NCBI GenBank assembly: GCA_000002445.1
Contig: CP000066.1
Location: 1,280,001 to 1,344,000, forward strand
Origin: Trypanosoma brucei
Taxonomy: Eukaryota
DNA length: 64,000 nucleotides
Direction: 5' to 3'
The notes under the pieces were generated by a model. It was not told where the DNA came from and searched no databases. It worked only from the letters and a program-made list of their open reading frames with translations. Each line of letters begins with the position of its first letter. Within the stretch, counting starts at the first letter, position 1. This document shows positions 43,976-54,485 of the stretch, piece after piece. The translations under genes and the position numbers were made by a program.

Positions 43976-45313
43976 CTACCTATCCTCGTTGGAAGCAGTG
44001 CTTTTCATACACTCAAAGTCAAACGGCTTCCCATGGATGCGTTTGAAGAGGTCGAGAATGTTACCGGCGGCGCTCTCAAAGTGTGTTGCAGGATCAAAAC
44101 TGTTGCTGATGAAACACTTGCTCGCCGTACCGTCATCGAGGGGTTCATAGAGGTCTGACACTGAAACAAATGTCTCGATGGTGCTACCAATGACCTTTAA
44201 GCCAGGTTGAATGTCCATCATGGGGTCCGCCACATTCTCCACAGTTGTGCCGATGATGGCTATATAGTAACCTGGGGGGCACACCTTGTTGTTAGCACCA
44301 AGTTGCAGTATGTACACGTCATTCTTGCGCTTCAGCTCCTTTTGTGGAATGATAATTTGGCACGAAGCGCACTCTGGTTTCAGGTTTGGGATCGGGTGAT
44401 TCATAATGGCTATGCACCGAACTACTTTGCCCGACACCTTCACTCGATCAGGGAAGTAGGAGGGATCACCAACCACAAGCTTGGCGAATGCCTTTTTCCC
44501 CTCGCTTTCAATGGACTCAAAGACGCCCGCCTCGTTAAAGTTCACCTTTGTGACGGGTGTTTGAAGCATGTAGGTCCCACCGTAAACAGCGCAAAGACGA
44601 GAGAATGCCTGAGGCAACTCACCGTTCCCATACAGGGGGTAAACATATGGCGACTGGTTATACATGTTGAAGGACTCTTCGTACAGCTTGCAGCGCATGA
44701 CAGTTTCGATTGCTGGACGCTGAAGGTAGTCATCGTTCGTGTGCAGGGCAACGGCGTGGCCAACGAAGTCAATAGTATCGTTTCCAATACCGAATTCTTT
44801 GTATAGATCCGCCATGGTCATTGTGCGAAGGTTATGTCCCTTGTGTGTTTTTGGAACATTCGGGTCGTAGGCACCAATAAACTCAAACAACTTCGCCCCT
44901 CTCCGCTTTTCGAAGAACCCCATCAAAGGAGAGACTAGCGCCTCCGCCTCCGTTGCCGGAACCTTTGATATCTTCCCGTTTTTCATAACGAAGGAGTTGT
45001 CAATGAGCATAAACTCCATATTATACCTCTCAATTACGGTAGCCCGGAGGATCTTCACGAGTTCGCCAGCGCACATGAGCACCTTTGGAATGAGGTCCAC
45101 ACTGTACAGGTGACTGCGGCCTAATGCCTCAGGGGGCGTGCCCTTGCCAAACTTTTTATACAACTGCTCAAGGTTGAGGCTAGCAGCCTCGCCACCATAG
45201 TATGAGTTACGGTCGACGTGCAGCACCTTGTAGCCATTTACCGACAAGAGGCCGCTGAGAACACACTCCGTCAACCCTGTGCCGCACACAATTGCATCGT
45301 ACGTTTCCTCCAT
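43976..45313 (-). CDS. GDI: Rab GDP-dissociation inhibitor (Rab GDI), 445 aa
   Basis: MEETYDAIVCGTGLTECVLSGLLSVNGYKVLHVDRNSYYGGEAASL matches the GDI N-terminus ([45 protein letters not shown]) almost position for position. The full length is GDI-sized, with the sequence-conserved regions of the family. Confidence 0.9.
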   Translation of the reverse strand: MEETYDAIVCGTGLTECVLSGLLSVNGYKVLHVDRNSYYGGEAASLNLEQLYKKFGKGTPPEALGRSHLYSVDLIPKVLMCAGELVKILRATVIERYNMEFMLIDNSFVMKNGKISKVPATEAEALVSPLMGFFEKRRGAKLFEFIGAYDPNVPKTHKGHNLRTMTMADLYKEFGIGNDTIDFVGHAVALHTNDDYLQRPAIETVMRCKLYEESFNMYNQSPYVYPLYGNGELPQAFSRLCAVYGGTYMLQTPVTKVNFNEAGVFESIESEGKKAFAKLVVGDPSYFPDRVKVSGKVVRCIAIMNHPIPNLKPECASCQIIIPQKELKRKNDVYILQLGANNKVCPPGYYIAIIGTTVENVADPMMDIQPGLKVIGSTIETFVSVSDLYEPLDDGTASKCFISNSFDPATHFESAAGNILDLFKRIHGKPFDFECMKSTASNEDR

Positions 45314-45945
45314 ATTTTTTTTCTCTGGATTCGCAGATTTCCCTCTTCACAACGCCAATACTAACAGAAATAATAATCACTGTGATTCCCCTTTCAACCC
45401 CGACACTCGCCTATTCTTTTTCTTTCTTTCTCTTCTTGGTGATGTAAACACAAGTTAGATGTGTTAAACTGCTTGTTTTGTTCATAAATTATAAAGATGA
45501 GTGAGGGAGGCATTTAGGTACCGAAAGGAAGACAGAGGGCCAACGGCATTCAGCCCATTATTTGGGGAAGATGGGTTCAAGTTATCAGAAGCCTGTGAAG
45601 ATTAGTGAGCTGGTGCATGGCGACTTTTATCAGCCGCATGATGCAACACAACAGAAAACAAAAATACACGGTAACTGAAGAACAACCACATCCTCAACAG
45701 CCCAACTTGGATACAGGCACACAACTTTGTCATGCACACCAACCGCATGCACCCACCAATGAAATAAAGCAAACTGCGAAGTCGCTTGGAATGGATCCAT
45801 CCGCTTGTATCAAATTCTCTGTAGTGCCACCAGCGCGCTCCGTGAGGGATCCACCGCAGCGACGACCTCAGCAAGTTAAAAAAAAAAAAGAGGATAATTC
45901 AGGAGGATACACGAGGAGGGGGGGGGCGGCGGACACCAGCACCCC

Positions 45946-47445
45946 CTAATGTTCCCCTGATTCCTTGTAGTGTCCACGCAAACTTCCTTTCACATTCCGC
46001 GAGGTTTCACTTGGAGTACAGAGCGGATTCATCCCTAACGCTTGCATATGAGCCCGCCCCATGACATGTTCCGTCATGCGAGACCACCCCACAAACACGT
46101 CGCAGGCATAGCAGTAGTTGAGCACGGGTGGGTTCAAAAGATCCTGTGCCTCGACATCATTCATGACTCTCTGCTTTACCAGTCGAAGGCGGTTAATTGC
46201 CTCGTCGCGGCGGTTGGCATTACGTCGTTCAATAATGTCTGCCACAACCTCCGATTCCTTGACGAAGCACGCGCCCCGATGGCTTAACAAACATTTAACG
46301 TCCACAAATTCCTTCATGGCCGATGTCATTATATCACCTGCGACCACAGGGTCGTCCCCACCCGGACAGAGGGCACCATAGCACTGTTGTAAAGCCATGG
46401 TGGTTGCCTCAAACGTCGAGACACCACTTTGCCTAGTCCTCTTACGCAGCGCTTTAAAGAGGGAAGCGTAGGATTCGTCGATACGCAGCGCTACGCGGGG
46501 GATATGACGTGGAATGTGGCGGTTGAGTGCGTTTGCCTGGCTCCACGTCGCGTCCATAAGTAATAAATGAACTCTGTGAGTGCTACCTATGTTCTTAACG
46601 AAATCTTCCAGAAGGAATGCATCCTTCTCGGGGTAGAGTGAAACAGTGTGGATGGCATCGTCGGAGGGGAAATCGTAGTTTCCTTCTTCCGTGCGTACGG
46701 CAGGCAAGTCATTCAGATAGGCATCATCCTCCGGAACACCCCAAATGCGTATCGGTGCACCTAAAATAAATGCGGCTATATGACCAGAGTTTGTCCCTCG
46801 CATAAACTCCTCCGGATGCAACACAATTGTGACTTCGACAGCGGAGTGCTGTCCGATTTCAAGCATCCGCTGTCTATATTGTTCCAGTCTGTTACAAAAA
46901 CATAGACTCTTTGAGAACCAACACCATAGGCAAACGTCTTTCCTCATCGCAGCCAACATTTGAGTTGATAAACGTCGCTTCACGGAGGCCTCATGGCGTT
47001 TCTCCAGCGGGAGGGATGCCACATACGCCCGCCACTCAGGACTTTCAGTTTCGTGGAAGAAAAGAGCCCCCGTCCCACTTCTCGGCGGAGAAACCGTAGC
47101 TCCCTCGCTATCATCATCACTCTGAAGGCCAACGTACTCAACTAGCCGGAGTAAACTCTCCTTGTACGGGTTAACCGCAATTTTCATCCCTGTAGACTCG
47201 TCGGTAGCCAAATGACAGCGCAGCGTCCAGCTTTTACGTGCCCTTTTTTGTTCCTTAATCGTTGCCCCAGTTACCGCACCTGCACTGAAGCACACTCGCA
47301 ATGCGGCGACAACACAGAGGCGAATCAAGAAGTAGTGGTAAGGAGATATAATGTATGGCACAAAAACTCTTTTGCCTTGATTGGTCTGGCAGATTTGACG
47401 TAGTAAACTGACCTCATGCGATGAATGCAAAACACCCATATTCAC
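45946..47445 (-). CDS. DTW-domain protein (tRNA-uridine aminocarboxypropyltransferase, DTWD/TapT-like) with a C-terminal U1/matrin-type C2H2 zinc finger. 499 aa as drawn; the true start may be internal at about 47187.
   Basis: The CLWCWFSKSLCFCNRLEQ Cys cluster is followed by HRVHLLLMDATWSQANAL (the DTW motif), as in DTW-domain proteins. C-terminal YCYACDVFVGWSRMTEHVMGRAH is a C2H2 U1-like finger. The first 86 codons are hydrophobic and junk-like, and the upstream gene ends only 140 bp away. Confidence 0.6.
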   Translation of the reverse strand: MNMGVLHSSHEVSLLRQICQTNQGKRVFVPYIISPYHYFLIRLCVVAALRVCFSAGAVTGATIKEQKRARKSWTLRCHLATDESTGMKIAVNPYKESLLRLVEYVGLQSDDDSEGATVSPPRSGTGALFFHETESPEWRAYVASLPLEKRHEASVKRRLSTQMLAAMRKDVCLWCWFSKSLCFCNRLEQYRQRMLEIGQHSAVEVTIVLHPEEFMRGTNSGHIAAFILGAPIRIWGVPEDDAYLNDLPAVRTEEGNYDFPSDDAIHTVSLYPEKDAFLLEDFVKNIGSTHRVHLLLMDATWSQANALNRHIPRHIPRVALRIDESYASLFKALRKRTRQSGVSTFEATTMALQQCYGALCPGGDDPVVAGDIMTSAMKEFVDVKCLLSHRGACFVKESEVVADIIERRNANRRDEAINRLRLVKQRVMNDVEAQDLLNPPVLNYCYACDVFVGWSRMTEHVMGRAHMQALGMNPLCTPSETSRNVKGSLRGHYKESGEH

Positions 47446-47585
47446 ACTCTATGAGTCTTAAACCACCGAGAAAGTCGACAGCACAATGTAACCTAATCAA
47501 CATTGTAACGAGTAGTGCAAATCTGTGAAGAGAAAGTAAAACTGCAAGCGAATAGCAGTAACCTTTACCGAAAACAAAAAATAAC

Positions 47586-48773
47586 TCAGGACTTCCCTTT
47601 TCCGTGGCATACGGGGCAGTCCTTTCCTTTTGTCCGCCTAGACTTGCTTAGTCGCGCAGCAAGTGTTGCCTCCCATTCATGACCACATGCCATGCATAGC
47701 CACCACAACTTTGTTTGATCCGTTGGCTCCACCTGACCGGGTTGCAAGTCACCATTTTTAAGGGGATGCCACTCCTGCAACAGCCCATTCTCATACTTGC
47801 TAAAGTCAGCATCGAGGTTCAACATCGAGCATGACGGACACTTCGCCTTGTCGGAGACCATGTCCTTGATTCGTGCCTTAAAGCTTGTGTTGCAGTTGGA
47901 GCAGCGCCAATAGGCGGATTTGTTGCTGCTCGCCGCAACTGTCTTTGGGTCCACACACGGATCATTGAGGGATTGATCCCAGAGCTGAACAAAACGTGCG
48001 GTCAGACGAGGATTTCGGATCTGCTCGCACTGAGGACACTTCGTTCGAAGACATGTACGCACAAATACGCCACTCTTCCACTTGAACCCACATTCCACGC
48101 ACTTCCACGACACCACTCGGGCGCTGTCTACTAAAACCTCACCAGCAGGCTCCTCATTCGTATCTTCATCGTATTCCGCCACCAAATCTGGAAAGCGGTC
48201 TTTTAAATATCTACTTTCCCCATCAGTGGGTGCAATCTCATCTACTCCGTCGGCGGCGGTTTCCCCTGCAGATGCGGCTACTTCATCATCTTCAGGTTCC
48301 TCAGCGGCATCATATTCATCTGCTACAACCGATTCAACCACCCGCCGGCGGCCTCGTGGTGAAATGCCATCCGCCCCGTTGAGGACATCGTCGGCTTCCA
48401 CCAATGGGAAACCTTCCTCCTCCTCTTCTTCCCATGGTTTTGCGCTGTCCCCTCTAATATCATCTGCATCGAACCCATCCCCTTTGTTCTCATCATTTCC
48501 CACTGCTTTCGATGCCGCCCCGCCTCGGCGGGTTTTGCGCTTACCTTCGACGGAGGTATTCCTCGTGCTTTCAGATCCCACCGCATCGGATTTCTTCTTC
48601 CGACGCTGCTGCTTAACCTCAGCTGCTCCCGCACCTGTTGTAGCGAAGCGTACAGATGTGAAAAGAACTATAGTTGCATGGGGACGAGTAACTACGCCTA
48701 CATTCATGACGCATCTTAGCGCTAAAGCGGGCCACATCACAAAACGCGGTTGGTGGAGGAGTTGTCTCAACAT
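47586..48773 (-). CDS. Hypothetical protein with three tandem zinc-ribbon (CxxC...CxxC) modules and an N-terminal mitochondrial-presequence-like segment, 395 aa
   Basis: N-terminus MLRQLLHQPRFVMWPALALRCVMNVGVVTRPHATIV is Arg-rich and amphipathic. The central region is acidic and low-complexity. The C-terminus has WKCVECGFKWKSG...CPQCEQ, WRCSNCNTSFKAR...CPSCS and WWLCMACGHEWEA...CPVCHG repeats, resembling the probable-zinc-ribbon (DUF4379-like) domain. Confidence 0.5.
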   Translation of the reverse strand: MLRQLLHQPRFVMWPALALRCVMNVGVVTRPHATIVLFTSVRFATTGAGAAEVKQQRRKKKSDAVGSESTRNTSVEGKRKTRRGGAASKAVGNDENKGDGFDADDIRGDSAKPWEEEEEEGFPLVEADDVLNGADGISPRGRRRVVESVVADEYDAAEEPEDDEVAASAGETAADGVDEIAPTDGESRYLKDRFPDLVAEYDEDTNEEPAGEVLVDSARVVSWKCVECGFKWKSGVFVRTCLRTKCPQCEQIRNPRLTARFVQLWDQSLNDPCVDPKTVAASSNKSAYWRCSNCNTSFKARIKDMVSDKAKCPSCSMLNLDADFSKYENGLLQEWHPLKNGDLQPGQVEPTDQTKLWWLCMACGHEWEATLAARLSKSRRTKGKDCPVCHGKGKS

Positions 48774-49018
48774 GTTGGGGGTAAACTAACTGCAATATGG
48801 CAGGCTTAACTGTTTAATGCAACCCCACTCATTTATTGAAACACCGGGGAACATCATGTGAGATCGCCACAAAACCCAGCCGTTGCACATATGTTACACA
48901 GTAAAAAGAAGGAAAAAAAAGGGTGAGGGAGGGAGAAAGTGGAGATATATGTGTCTTACTGTATGCAGAACCACGTGTGGAACTACTCGCCAACGCACAA
49001 TAGCAGTTCCGAGACGGC

Positions 49019-49023
<5 letters not shown>

Positions 49024-49049
<26 letters not shown>
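49024..49049. repeat. (TA)13 microsatellite
   Basis: Direct reading: catatgtatatatatatatatatatatatatataagg. Confidence 0.9.
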
Positions 49050-50990
49050 AGGTTCACAGGTAGTGAAATCGATCTATCCCTCGTATCCTTCAGTGTGTTT
49101 GCGCACCTGATTCAAGAAAGGGAAGACAACAAATGAATACAAAAAAAAAAACAACACTCACTGCAGCGCTCATTATTGATATCAGGGTTGCTGTTGTTGT
49201 TGTTGTGTGTGCGTGTGTGTTTGAGTTTGTTAGGTTTCAACTGTTTCGCAGAAATATCATGACCATCCCATTACCTCACTTCTTATCTTTGGCTTTTTAT
49301 TTTCCTCCCTTCCCATTCGTTGAAAATAACCGCCATCCCTATTCTTTTTTCTTTTTTTTTTTTCCATTATGGTGTCACAACCCCCCTCCTCTTTTTTTCT
49401 CTCTACCATCCTCACGTACCTTTTTTACTCACCAAGACGCATAAACAAGAGCGGTAAAAGTAAGGTATTCACACATACGTTCCCCCCTTCTCTGTTCCCT
49501 CCTTCCTCATACACGCTAAGAAGTTTCTTGTGATAAATGTTATCACAACTTCAAAAGCAGAGCAATCAAAGATAATTAAAAAAAAAATGAGGATAAAGCC
49601 AAAAGAGGTAAAAAAAAAGTAATCACATCTCCAGGCTGTTCACGGTGGAAGCAGCCGAATCAACCACAACCACCATCCATATACATTTTTTTTTTTTACA
49701 GAAAAAAGAGGGGGAACTTGAAAATAGCAATAAACGTAGCGAAGTGAGACGAAATAAGAAAAAGGAAGAGTAACACGCAAAAAAGGCATTTAGAAAAAAA
49801 CAACAACAACAACAACAACGAAACAACAAAAAAGGGGAGGGGTGACCGGGTACAAACAGAAGCACATCACACATCAACACACATTTAAATATATAAACAT
49901 TTTTGAGACCGCACGCAGAAAGTTGGATAAAAAGAAGAAAAGGCTACAGTGGCAAGAAAAAGTAGGAAAATAATAAAGACGAAAATAGGGTGAGGGGGAG
50001 AAAACAATAATATAAACAATAATAACAATAATTATGATGATGATTGGTGCCATTTTTCTTTTTCACTGCTTTTTTCTTTTTTTTTTTTAAGTTTTTATTG
50101 TCTTTTCCTTGATCTACTGCCTCAAAATGCGCAACAAAAATTAAACTCTATGGATTTTTTTATATAATTTTATTCTCCTTTCTCCTTACGGAAAAATGCA
50201 TCACTTCATAAATGACAAATAGCAAAAAACAGAAATGCGAAAAAACAAAAAAAAAAACATGTCCAGCACATTCCCCTCCAAGTATTGCTTCTTTTTTTTT
50301 TTTTGTCCATCTGTTTGTATCCAGCATAATAATAGTAATAGTGGTAATAACAAAAATAATAATAACAAAACAATGAAGAAAATTTCTTTTTCACGCCCCG
50401 TTATTTTTGGTAAGCATTCACCTCTTCTTTTTTTTTTTTGGTCCTCCTGCACCCTTCATTCTTCATTTCTATCCCAAAATTTCTCAACATATAATTAGAA
50501 GCGGTCATTAAACTACCCATTCGCTCATTCATTCATTAAGGAAAAGGAAAAAAAAAAACAACATCAAAAATACCAAAAAGAGAAGGAGACGCACACCCGC
50601 GGAAACGCGTATATGAATATATAAATATATATTTATATACGGAAGGTAAAACAAAAACGAAGAAAGAAAAAAAAGAAAAAAAGAGAGATGAAGCGTTAGA
50701 AGGGGTTCAAGGAATAAAATAAGGTAGCAAAAAAGAAAAAAAAAGAAATCAAAACATATATTGGAAAAAAAAACAAGCAGAAAAGAAAACTTAGCCGTAT
50801 CAATCAAGTAACGCCCCCTAAGTGCACTTTGAAGAAAAAATTTCAGGAACATGGACAGGTACTTAGCTTTAAAGGAAGCAAAAAGAAAAAAAAAGGAAAT
50901 ATTGAAAGGTAAAATGCACATCACGACTTGTGTTGGTTCATGCGGGTGGAGTGGAACCTTGCAAACCGCGATAGATTTTCTTTTTTGTTT

Positions 50991-52631
50991 TTAGATCCTG
51001 GCGGTATCGCAGAGAGTAACCCTCACCTCGTTCCAGTGCCGGTCAAGACTCCTCCATGAATGCAGTACATTCAGGAATAGGTCAGGAGCTAAACTGGTCT
51101 TCCCCATCAGTTGTTTACAATCATTATGAATGCTTCTGTTCTTTCCATCAAACGCAGTGACCACATTCCGCACGGCATCCATGATCTCGTCCCTTTGCTT
51201 TACATCTTCCACATTAGATAAGTCATACGCTCCGCGTTGTTCCCTCAACTTCTCCACTTCTTCATGCTGAAGGTTGATACGGATCAAAAGCTCTTTGAGT
51301 GCTTGTCCATTCTCTGACGAACCTTTGCTCACTGGCGCCTCAGGCCGGAACCCTTTACAGTTTGCCATGCCGAAGCCACCACTTCTTGACGTGCAACCAC
51401 TCTCAACGTTGGAGCTGTGGGACCGCTTCCTTGGAACCCGCGAATTATACAGTTCCGATGTTGTCCGCGCGGCATCCGGTTCTTCCGCAGAAACCGCAGC
51501 ACTTGCCTTCCCGAATGTGCTGGTGTTGTTGTCATTGGCATCGGTAGCAACGACAGAATTATCGTTTCCAGACGTAAGCTCACTTTCTATGGTGTAGGTG
51601 ATATCTCTTTCCTGTGAGATGGTGGGGGGACTGCGTGCTTGCGGCTCTGGGAGTCCGGTAGACGATTGTGTCAAGGGAACATCTGCGCTGGTTTGTATTT
51701 TTGGGGGTGTCACTGCGTCTGACTCAGGTTTCTTTTCACACAGTGTAGAATTGAGGGAAAGGCGACGAGATGCCGCCACGGAACTGCTTGATGTTTCTGA
51801 CAGCCGAATTCTCCGTGGGGGGAGGTCCAGTGAGAACTGCTCGTCAGCCCTTTTATCGCCACTATTTTTTTCCAAGAACATGTTCATAACAACTGCCAGT
51901 ACATGCGCGGGGTGCTCTTCCGGATAGTCAGGACCACTTGGTAGTGGTAGCGGGTTATGCTCCAGAGCCGTTTCCCTCACGTGGCGCGTAATGTCCCCAC
52001 GGCGAAGTAGCTTCCCGCAAAGAAGGGGGCAGAACAATTTCTTTTCTTGACACATCCTCTTATGCTGCACGGGGTCATCAGGATCGGTGAGGTATCTTCT
52101 GCACAGTGAACACTGTCGTGGTCCTGATGAGGGGGCTGGAGTTGACTCCACTTCCAGACAACCGGTCATCGCCACGGATGTGTTCCAATCATTTGTTTTT
52201 TGTGCATTGTCGTTTTCAATTAGCAGCGGTTGTGCCGCACAGTGCTCTTTCGGGGTATCCTTGACAATTAGACGTTTACACACAGTGCTTCCGTTGGTGG
52301 CAACGGCACTGAGTTCCGCCACACTCAGAGAGGGTGCGGCACATCCCTCTTTGGTAGCATACGAGGGTCGTTGATTCTGATATCCAATTGCCCCATTTGA
52401 AAGAGTTGTTACTTCGTTGGAATTATCAGTCAGCAGACCTTGGGCTTGATTCACCATTGCTTGTCTTACACATACTGTAGTAAGCTGGCTGGCACTTAGC
52501 TGAACGGAGCGGCTTGACGACACGCCATAGCTTTGTTTGGAGGAAACACTAGACGAGTGCGTTTTGAGTGCTAATTCGTTTACACCACGCCGTTGGGGTT
52601 CACACTCCGAGAGGGTGTGTTGCATGCTCAT
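50991..52631 (-). CDS. Hypothetical protein, 546 aa, with a single TRAF-like/C2HC-type zinc finger in the middle and a helical C-terminal domain
   Basis: Long non-repetitive minus-strand ORF. It contains QCSLCRRYLTDPDDPVQHKRMCQEKKLFCPLLCGKLLRRGDITRHV (CxxC-x11-H-x3-C-x6-CxxxC-x11-H). No further family was recognised. Confidence 0.5.
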   Translation of the reverse strand: MSMQHTLSECEPQRRGVNELALKTHSSSVSSKQSYGVSSSRSVQLSASQLTTVCVRQAMVNQAQGLLTDNSNEVTTLSNGAIGYQNQRPSYATKEGCAAPSLSVAELSAVATNGSTVCKRLIVKDTPKEHCAAQPLLIENDNAQKTNDWNTSVAMTGCLEVESTPAPSSGPRQCSLCRRYLTDPDDPVQHKRMCQEKKLFCPLLCGKLLRRGDITRHVRETALEHNPLPLPSGPDYPEEHPAHVLAVVMNMFLEKNSGDKRADEQFSLDLPPRRIRLSETSSSSVAASRRLSLNSTLCEKKPESDAVTPPKIQTSADVPLTQSSTGLPEPQARSPPTISQERDITYTIESELTSGNDNSVVATDANDNNTSTFGKASAAVSAEEPDAARTTSELYNSRVPRKRSHSSNVESGCTSRSGGFGMANCKGFRPEAPVSKGSSENGQALKELLIRINLQHEEVEKLREQRGAYDLSNVEDVKQRDEIMDAVRNVVTAFDGKNRSIHNDCKQLMGKTSLAPDLFLNVLHSWRSLDRHWNEVRVTLCDTARI

Positions 52632-54485
52632 TCAAAAAAAAAAAAATTGCGACAATAATAACAACTATTATTATTACTACCACTACTAAAACCTCGTTGA
52701 CACTGCTTTCAGCGCGGCTCGCCAACTGACGAAATGCTCTTGTCCCAAGACTGCGGTTATGCGGCGACCAAACAACAAAAAAGGAAAAAGAAAAAAATTC
52801 TCTACTAATAACAAAGTAAGCCGCCGGTGTCTCTAATGGAAAAAGAAGGATATGAGGACCATGGGAAAGGGAGAGCGAATAGGCTTCTACAGAGCAAATA
52901 CAAAGGCAGTAATGATCACACCAACCCGATAAATGCACACACACACACACATATATATATATATAATCGCAAAACGGATGACCAACAGCACGTCAAAATG
53001 ACACTTGATCATTACCTCTTCCGAATCCGATTCCTGTGCGCACCGTCCAGCACCCGAACTAACGAAGACACCATTCATCTGCGTGTGTTCTTACAAGTGA
53101 ATGGGGCCTTCGTTTGGAATTTCCGCATAAACGCGGCACATTTGGCGGTTTCTCACAAAAAACCACATCGTCCCCAAAATATCCCCGCTATCATGTTAAC
53201 GGACAATCAAATTAACTTTTCCACATTGTCAACAATGGTGAAACAAAATCAAAGGAGTTCGACGGGGGGATACATGGTTCGTCCGGTACTCATTTCCTTC
53301 TTTGGGATTCCAACTTAATGCATAAAATATAATCACGACACAAGGTCGAAACAAATTCAGTCCTGCCTCACAAGATGTCTCTCTCATAGAGGTTTGGTTA
53401 TGACATTGGATTGAGGTTACGAAATAGTGAATGGGGAAACGCAAAAGTAATGAGCAAACGGTCAACCACAAGATTTTATCACGTTCTGTTCATTTCGTAA
53501 TAACCGACAGCAAATACGGTGGACATTATCCTAAACATTTTTTTCTTATCTGGCTGAAAATACTCACAAGACCAGAGACATTGAGACAAGGCAACAGAAA
53601 ATATGGAAGAGAGGGAAAATACAAACACGAAGTGAGTAAACGGAAGAACGTCACCGCACCACAGATATGTGGTTATGGCAAAAGTACACACAGCGGCAGA
53701 TTGCAACAGATACATTACTCACAATCAGGTAATTAAAAAAACATAAGGTTTGCACAGTAAAAGTAGTGAAGAAGAAGCAAAAGGCAAAAAGTATTTTTAA
53801 AAAAAAAGCATTGAGAAATGCGCGCTTGACACGCGGCCATTCGGAGTCGCACGAGGTAGAGCCAGAAAAAAAAAAGGACGAAAACGCCCGTCCACGTAAG
53901 GAGTAGTGTACCAGCACGCTCCTTCAACTTTGTTTTTTTTTTCCTCTCCAACCACACCAAGCCGCAAACAGATACAAAGACACAATAATTCCCGTCTCCG
54001 AGTTAACCCACATGCGACCTACCTGATCAAAGAGTGGAAGGTGAAGGCAAACAAAAAAAAGCAAAGACCAAAGCAAAACAGGTTACAACGAAGAGTTGTA
54101 AGGATATAAACACCCGAAAATCCCATTATTCAAAGATTCCGTTCTTACAAAGAAGGGTCAATACGAAAAACATGTCAGGATTCGTAGCAACAAAGTGATG
54201 TCAGAGAATAGACATCAAGGAAAATCATGTTTGAGTAACCAAACAAGGTACCTACATTTTTTAGAGTGTATTCCCATCTTTTCTTCATTACACACTTCGT
54301 TACATACAAGTACTTCCTTCATACACAAAAGATCTGTCCGCAAACATTCCCGCATATTCCATCACAATGTAAAGACCCATTCGTACAATCCAATTTTTTC
54401 GTGTTGCAGTCTCGCACGTCTCAGCAACACTGCATATCCCTTCAGCTCATAATCCCAACAGACACACGCATATAAACCGCAAAGC

